Shown in pieces: positions 59,671-64,000 of a DNA stretch of 64,000 bases. Source of the DNA: an uncultured delta proteobacterium. Its GTDB lineage: Bacteria; Desulfobacterota; Binatia; DP-6. Within the stretch, counting starts at the first letter, position 1. Each line of letters begins with the position of its first letter. Both the position numbers and the translations under genes were made by a program. Below the pieces are notes generated by a model. That model saw nothing but the letters and a program-made list of their open reading frames with translations. It was not told the origin of the DNA and did not search any database. The stretch lies in NCBI GenBank assembly GCA_963815115.1, contig CAWFFN010000007.1:960001-1024000 (forward strand), written 5' to 3'.

Positions 59671-60630
59671 TCAGGCCGACCAGGCAGCGGGAGCGGTCTG
59701 CAACACGTGCCCGGCGGCGGTCTTCGCCTCGATGATGTACCGCGGCCGGCGTCGGGACTCGTCGAGAGCGCGCCACAGGTACTCGCCGAGCACGCCCATC
59801 ATCACCATCTGGATGCCACCCACCAGCAGGACCACGACCATCAACGACGACCAGCCCTGCACGGGAGCGCCGCGCAGGGAGTTGAGGATCACCAGGGCCG
59901 CGTAGACGAAGCCCGCGCAGGCCACGGCGAACCCGACGTACGACATGAACCGGATCGGCACGTAGCTGAACGACGTGACGGAATCGACGACGAGCTTCAG
60001 CTTCTTCTTGAGGCTCCACCCCGACCTGCCGTGCAGACGGGCTCCTTTGTCGTAGGTGATGGTGGCCTGCCGGAATCCCATCCAGGTGATGAGGGCGAGG
60101 ATGCTGGCGTTGCTCTCGCTGAACCGGGAGAAGGCTTCGACCACGTCGCGGTCGAGGAGGAAGAAGTCGGCACCCGTGGCCGGCATCTCCTTCATGTCGA
60201 CCACGCTTCGCATCAGCCAGTAGTACAGGCGCGAGAACCCGACCGTCGTCGCCTTCTCGCCCTCACGAAGAGCCCGGGCCGCCCACACGACCTTGACGCC
60301 CTCCTTCCATTGCTCGAGCAGCTGCGGGATCACCTCGGGGGGATCCTGCAGGTCCGCGGCCAGGGCCGTCACGCAGTCCCCCCGCGCCTCGTGCAGGCCG
60401 CACGTCACCGCGGCGTGCGCGCCGAAGTTCCTGGCGAAGCGCAGCCCGCGCACCCGCCGGTCGCGCTCGGCGAGCCGGGTGACGACGGCGAACGTCGCGT
60501 CCTGGGAATGGTCGTCCACCACGACCCACTCCCAGTCGAGCCCGAGGGACTCCATGGTCGCGCGGATGCGCTCGTAGAGAACGGGCAGGTTCGCCGCTTC
60601 GTTGTACGCCGGAGTGACGATGGAGATCAT
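59671..60630 (-). CDS. GT2 polyprenyl-phosphate glycosyltransferase (GtrB/ArnC-like)
   Basis: SIVTPAYNE, VDDHS.D, RNFG, ADLQDPP, two C-terminal TM helices, GEYLWR...RRP.Y. Confidence 0.92.
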   Translation of the reverse strand: MISIVTPAYNEAANLPVLYERIRATMESLGLDWEWVVVDDHSQDATFAVVTRLAERDRRVRGLRFARNFGAHAAVTCGLHEARGDCVTALAADLQDPPEVIPQLLEQWKEGVKVVWAARALREGEKATTVGFSRLYYWLMRSVVDMKEMPATGADFFLLDRDVVEAFSRFSESNASILALITWMGFRQATITYDKGARLHGRSGWSLKKKLKLVVDSVTSFSYVPIRFMSYVGFAVACAGFVYAALVILNSLRGAPVQGWSSLMVVVLLVGGIQMVMMGVLGEYLWRALDESRRRPRYIIEAKTAAGHVLQTAPAAWSA

Positions 60631-60646
60631 GGGCACCTCGCTCGAT

Positions 60647-61789
60647 TCAGCGCGCGCCACAGGCGCGCCGCAACCCGTCCGCGACCTGCTCCTGCTCCTG
60701 CCGCGTCATCTGCCCATACAGCGGCAGGATGATGCAATGGTCCTGGGCCGCCTCCGAGTGCGGCAGCGCGTGCCGCGCCGCGCTGCCCTCGTAGCTCGGC
60801 TCGCGATGGCTGCACATGACGCCGCGCCGGGTCGCGATGCCCTGGTCGAGCATCCGCTGCATGACCTCGCGCTGATCGCACCGAGCGGGCAGCCGCACGC
60901 AGAAGCTCTGCCAGTTGCTCCGGGCCCAGTCGGGCTCTCGCGGCTGGATCAGACCGGGCACGTCGGCCAGCAGCGCCCGGTAGCGCTCGACCAGCGCCCG
61001 GCGGACGGAGACCACCTCGGGCAGCCGCTTCAGCTGCTCCCGGCCGACGGCCGCCTGGATGTCGGTCATGCGGTAGTTGTATCCGAGCACCGGGTAGGAC
61101 TCGAAGATGACCGTGTTGGCGCCGTGTCGTACCGTGTCGGGGACGCTCATCCCGTGCTGTCGCAGCAGCCTGCAGCGCGCATCCCAGTCCGCGTTGCCGG
61201 TGGTGATCATGCCGCCATCACCCGTGCTCATCACCTTGCGGGGGTGAAACGAGAAGCAGGCGATGTCGCCGTGCGGGCGGCCGATCTTCTCCCACCGGCC
61301 GCTCCAGCAGATCTCGCTGCCGCTGGCGCACGCCGCATCCTCGATCACGGCGAGTCCGGCCCGACGCGCCACCGGCAGGATCGCCGCCATGTCGCAGGGC
61401 ATCCCCATCTGGTGCACGCACAGGACGGCGCGCGTGCGATCCGTCAGCGCGCCCTCGAGCTGCGTCGGGTCGATGTTGAAGGTGTCGGGCTCCACATCGA
61501 CGAAGATCGGCGTCGCACCGCAGTAGCGGATGGCGTTCGCCGTGGCGATGTAGGAGTGGCTCACCGTGACGACGTCGTCGCCGGGACCCACCCCCGCGGC
61601 CAGGAGCGCCAGGTGCAGCGCCGTGGTACAGCTCGACACCGCACACGCGTGCTCGGCGCCCACGAAGGCCGCGAACTCGCGCTCGAAGGCGGCCACCTCC
61701 GGTCCCTGCGTGATCCAGCCGCTCAGGATGGCGCGGCCGGCCGCCGCGACCTCCCGCTCGTCCATCACGGGTTTGATGATCGGGATCAT
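60647..61789 (-). CDS. DegT/DnrJ/EryC1/StrS aminotransferase
   Basis: SSCTTALH, IEDAAC, FSFHPRK, GDGG, GYNYRM. Confidence 0.95.
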   Translation of the reverse strand: MIPIIKPVMDEREVAAAGRAILSGWITQGPEVAAFEREFAAFVGAEHACAVSSCTTALHLALLAAGVGPGDDVVTVSHSYIATANAIRYCGATPIFVDVEPDTFNIDPTQLEGALTDRTRAVLCVHQMGMPCDMAAILPVARRAGLAVIEDAACASGSEICWSGRWEKIGRPHGDIACFSFHPRKVMSTGDGGMITTGNADWDARCRLLRQHGMSVPDTVRHGANTVIFESYPVLGYNYRMTDIQAAVGREQLKRLPEVVSVRRALVERYRALLADVPGLIQPREPDWARSNWQSFCVRLPARCDQREVMQRMLDQGIATRRGVMCSHREPSYEGSAARHALPHSEAAQDHCIILPLYGQMTRQEQEQVADGLRRACGAR

Positions 61790-62757
61790 GCGGCGACGGT
61801 CGCGTTCGCGCGCCACCACTCGACGAGTCGACCGAGCCCCTCGCGGAGATCGACCTGGGCGCGGAAGCCCAGCAGGCGCTCGGCCTTCGCGGTGTCGGCC
61901 AGGCGCCGGGGCACCGGGTTGACCTTGCGCTCCGGACCGTACTCCGGCCGCAGGGTGGAACTCATCGTCGCGAGGAGCGCGTCCGCGAGCTGGTTGAGAC
62001 TCGTCTCCCGGCCGCTGCCGACGTTGAACACGTCGTCGGTCACGTCCGACTGCAACGCCAGGATGTTCGCGCGCGCCACGTCCTCGATGTAGACGAAGTC
62101 CATCGTCTGGGTGCCGTCGCCGAGGATGAGGGGCGGCTGTCCGGCGGCGATACGCTCCATCCACCGGATCAGCACCTCGGTGTACTTGCCGTGGATGTCC
62201 ATGCGCGGCCCGTAGACGTTGAAGTACCGCAAGGCGACGTAGGGCAGCCCGTACATGTCGTTGAACGAGCGCAGGAGCCCTTCGAGCATGATCTTGCTCG
62301 CGCCGTACCACGTCCGGTTGTTGTAGGGGTGGTGGTCCTCACGGGTCGGGAAGGTATCGGCCATCCCGTAGATCGACGCGGAGGACGCGGTCACGACCTT
62401 CTTGACGCCTGCGGCCTGCGCCGCCTCGACGACGTTGAAGGTGCCGTCACACATCACCTCGAGCGCCGCGCGCGGCTCGGCCGCACAGGCGGTGATCCGC
62501 AGCGTCGCCATGTGGATGACCGCGTCGATTCCCTCCATGACCTGGTGAACGGTGCCGACGTCCCGGATGTCGCCGCGCACCAGCGTCACGCGCCCATCCG
62601 CCAGCGCGTGCTCCACGTTGCCGAGGCTCCCGCGCTCGAGGTTGTCCACGATGACGATGCGGCCGGGGTCGTGGTCGTGCAGCAGCAGGTCGATGGTCGT
62701 CGATCCGACGAGGCCGCAGCCGCCGGTGACCAGGATGTTCGCGCCGTCGAGCTTCAT
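61786..62757 (-). CDS. NAD-dependent epimerase/dehydratase
   Basis: TGGCGLVG, SSASIYG, YGASK, LRYFNVYGP. Confidence 0.95.
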   Translation of the reverse strand: MKLDGANILVTGGCGLVGSTTIDLLLHDHDPGRIVIVDNLERGSLGNVEHALADGRVTLVRGDIRDVGTVHQVMEGIDAVIHMATLRITACAAEPRAALEVMCDGTFNVVEAAQAAGVKKVVTASSASIYGMADTFPTREDHHPYNNRTWYGASKIMLEGLLRSFNDMYGLPYVALRYFNVYGPRMDIHGKYTEVLIRWMERIAAGQPPLILGDGTQTMDFVYIEDVARANILALQSDVTDDVFNVGSGRETSLNQLADALLATMSSTLRPEYGPERKVNPVPRRLADTAKAERLLGFRAQVDLREGLGRLVEWWRANATVAA

Positions 62758-62776
62758 GTCGAGGTTTTTCCGCCTT

Positions 62777-63427
62777 TCAGAGCTGTCGTGCCGGATTGCC
62801 AGCCACTCGCGCGCCGGCCGGGACGTCCCGGATCACGCTGGAGCCCATGCCGACCAGAGCGCGATCGCCGAGACACAGGCCGTTCATGATGCTCGCGCCG
62901 CTGCCGATGTAGCAGTTCTCTCCCACCGTGGTGTTGCCGGCGATGGTGACGTTCGAGCCGATCAGGGTCCAGTCGCGCACCACCACGTCGTGATGGATGA
63001 CCGTGTTGGGCAGGATGCAGACGTGGTCGCCGATGACCGCGTTGCTGGTGATCGCGACCCCGGCCATGACGAGGACGTTCTTCCCCACCACGGCGAGCGA
63101 CGAGATGCGGGCGCTGGGATGCACGACGCGGGCGAAGCGATCGGCGCCGAGCCCGAGCCCGTCGATGATCTCGCGCCGGACCTGGTAGGACGTCGCGCTG
63201 CCGGGGACCGCCAGCACCGCCGCATCGGCCCGCTTCGCGAGCACGCCGCGATCGAAGACCGGATGGCCATGGGCATTCCCGGCCCGCTTCTCCGGCGTGT
63301 CGTCCACGAATCCCACGCAGCGGTACGCGTTCCCCAGGCAGTCGAGGGCCTCGAGGCCGTTGCCGTTGCAGGGGAAGATCAGCAGTGGCGACGCGTCCGG
63401 CACGTTCCTGGTCTCGCTTCGGGTCAT
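62777..63427 (-). CDS. NeuD/PglD-like sugar acetyltransferase
   Basis: GFVDD, VHPSA, IHHD catalytic His, GNPAR. Confidence 0.9.
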   Translation of the reverse strand: MTRSETRNVPDASPLLIFPCNGNGLEALDCLGNAYRCVGFVDDTPEKRAGNAHGHPVFDRGVLAKRADAAVLAVPGSATSYQVRREIIDGLGLGADRFARVVHPSARISSLAVVGKNVLVMAGVAITSNAVIGDHVCILPNTVIHHDVVVRDWTLIGSNVTIAGNTTVGENCYIGSGASIMNGLCLGDRALVGMGSSVIRDVPAGARVAGNPARQL

Positions 63428-63437
63428 CCCGGGCCGA

Positions 63438-64000
63438 TCACGCGGCCCGGGCGAGGCGGCGCACGGCGCCGCACACCGTCTCGCATTGCGCCGCGGTCAG
63501 CTCGGGGAACATGGGCAGGGACAGGACCTCCCGCGCCGCGTGCTCGGAGGCGGGAAACCGGCCGGCGCGATAGCCCAGGTCGGCGAAGGCGGGCTGGAGA
63601 TGCACCGGGATCGGGTAGTGAACGCCGGTGTGGATGCCGTCGCGCTGGAGCGCGTCCTGCCACTCCTGCCGGCTACCGGTGCGAACGGCATAGATGTGGT
63701 AGACGTGGCGCATGGCGGTCGCCGGCGGCAGCGTCTCCACGCCGCCGTCGATCAGCAGCTCGTCGTAGCGCGCGGCGGCGGCACGGCGGGCCTCCGTCCA
63801 GTCTTCCAGGTGGCGCAGCTTCACGCGCAGCACCGCGCCCTGGATCCCCTCCATGCGATAGTTGTAGCCCTTCAGCACGTGCTGGTACTTCTTCTCGGCG
63901 CCCCAGTCGCGCAGCATCCGGAGCGTGCGCGTGTACTCGGGGCTATCCGTCACCACGATCCCGCCCTCGCCGTACGCGCCGAGGTTCTTGCCGGGATAGA
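63438..64000 (-). CDS. Second DegT family aminotransferase (3' part; 5' end beyond window)
   Basis: YPGKNLGAYGEGG, GYNYRM, HYPIPVH, LSLPMFPEL. Confidence 0.93.
   Translation of the reverse strand, partial: YPGKNLGAYGEGGIVVTDSPEYTRTLRMLRDWGAEKKYQHVLKGYNYRMEGIQGAVLRVKLRHLEDWTEARRAAAARYDELLIDGGVETLPPATAMRHVYHIYAVRTGSRQEWQDALQRDGIHTGVHYPIPVHLQPAFADLGYRAGRFPASEHAAREVLSLPMFPELTAAQCETVCGAVRRLARAA

Overview
High-GC bacterial chromosomal window. Protein families and promoter style suggest Candidatus Binatia or a related deltaproteobacterial lineage (inference only). (1) 1-19.9 kb is a lipid/acyl-CoA region. It holds a CaiB CoA-transferase, an ACT protein, and a minus-strand envelope transport operon (YCF48-like lipoprotein, MMPL/RND with an inserted PDZ domain, an unannotated 48-aa membrane peptide, a GldA/F/G-like ABC module, DUF4340, DUF1329). 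It also holds a sigma54-controlled XRE plus sensor-less enhancer-binding protein, a DUF35/thiolase pair, an SDR, a secreted lipase, LysR and a secreted EEP phosphodiesterase. (2) 19.9-33.8 kb is mostly housekeeping: tRNA-Asn, recR, ybaB, dnaX, SRP RNA, two tRNA-Ser, galK, tadA, tkt, a transaldolase fused to an apparently dead PGI domain, and a dipeptidase. (3) 33.8-64 kb is a large surface-glycan island and the main candidate for an undescribed system. It encodes amino-sugar synthesis (two DegT, epimerase, acetyltransferase), a PKS-free VOC-FkbH-ACP-acyltransferase-TylF cassette with a WbmS-like deacetylase, and a second FkbH with an SGNH-like domain. It also encodes a GtrB-like GT2, three GT-C enzymes, and two secreted PQQ-dehydrogenase/PKD/DUF4082 proteins, one of about 2,680 aa carrying disintegrin-like repeats and a dimethylformamidase-like domain. 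No CRISPR array, transposase, integrase or rRNA was seen. All family assignments come from motif recognition by eye, not from database searches.
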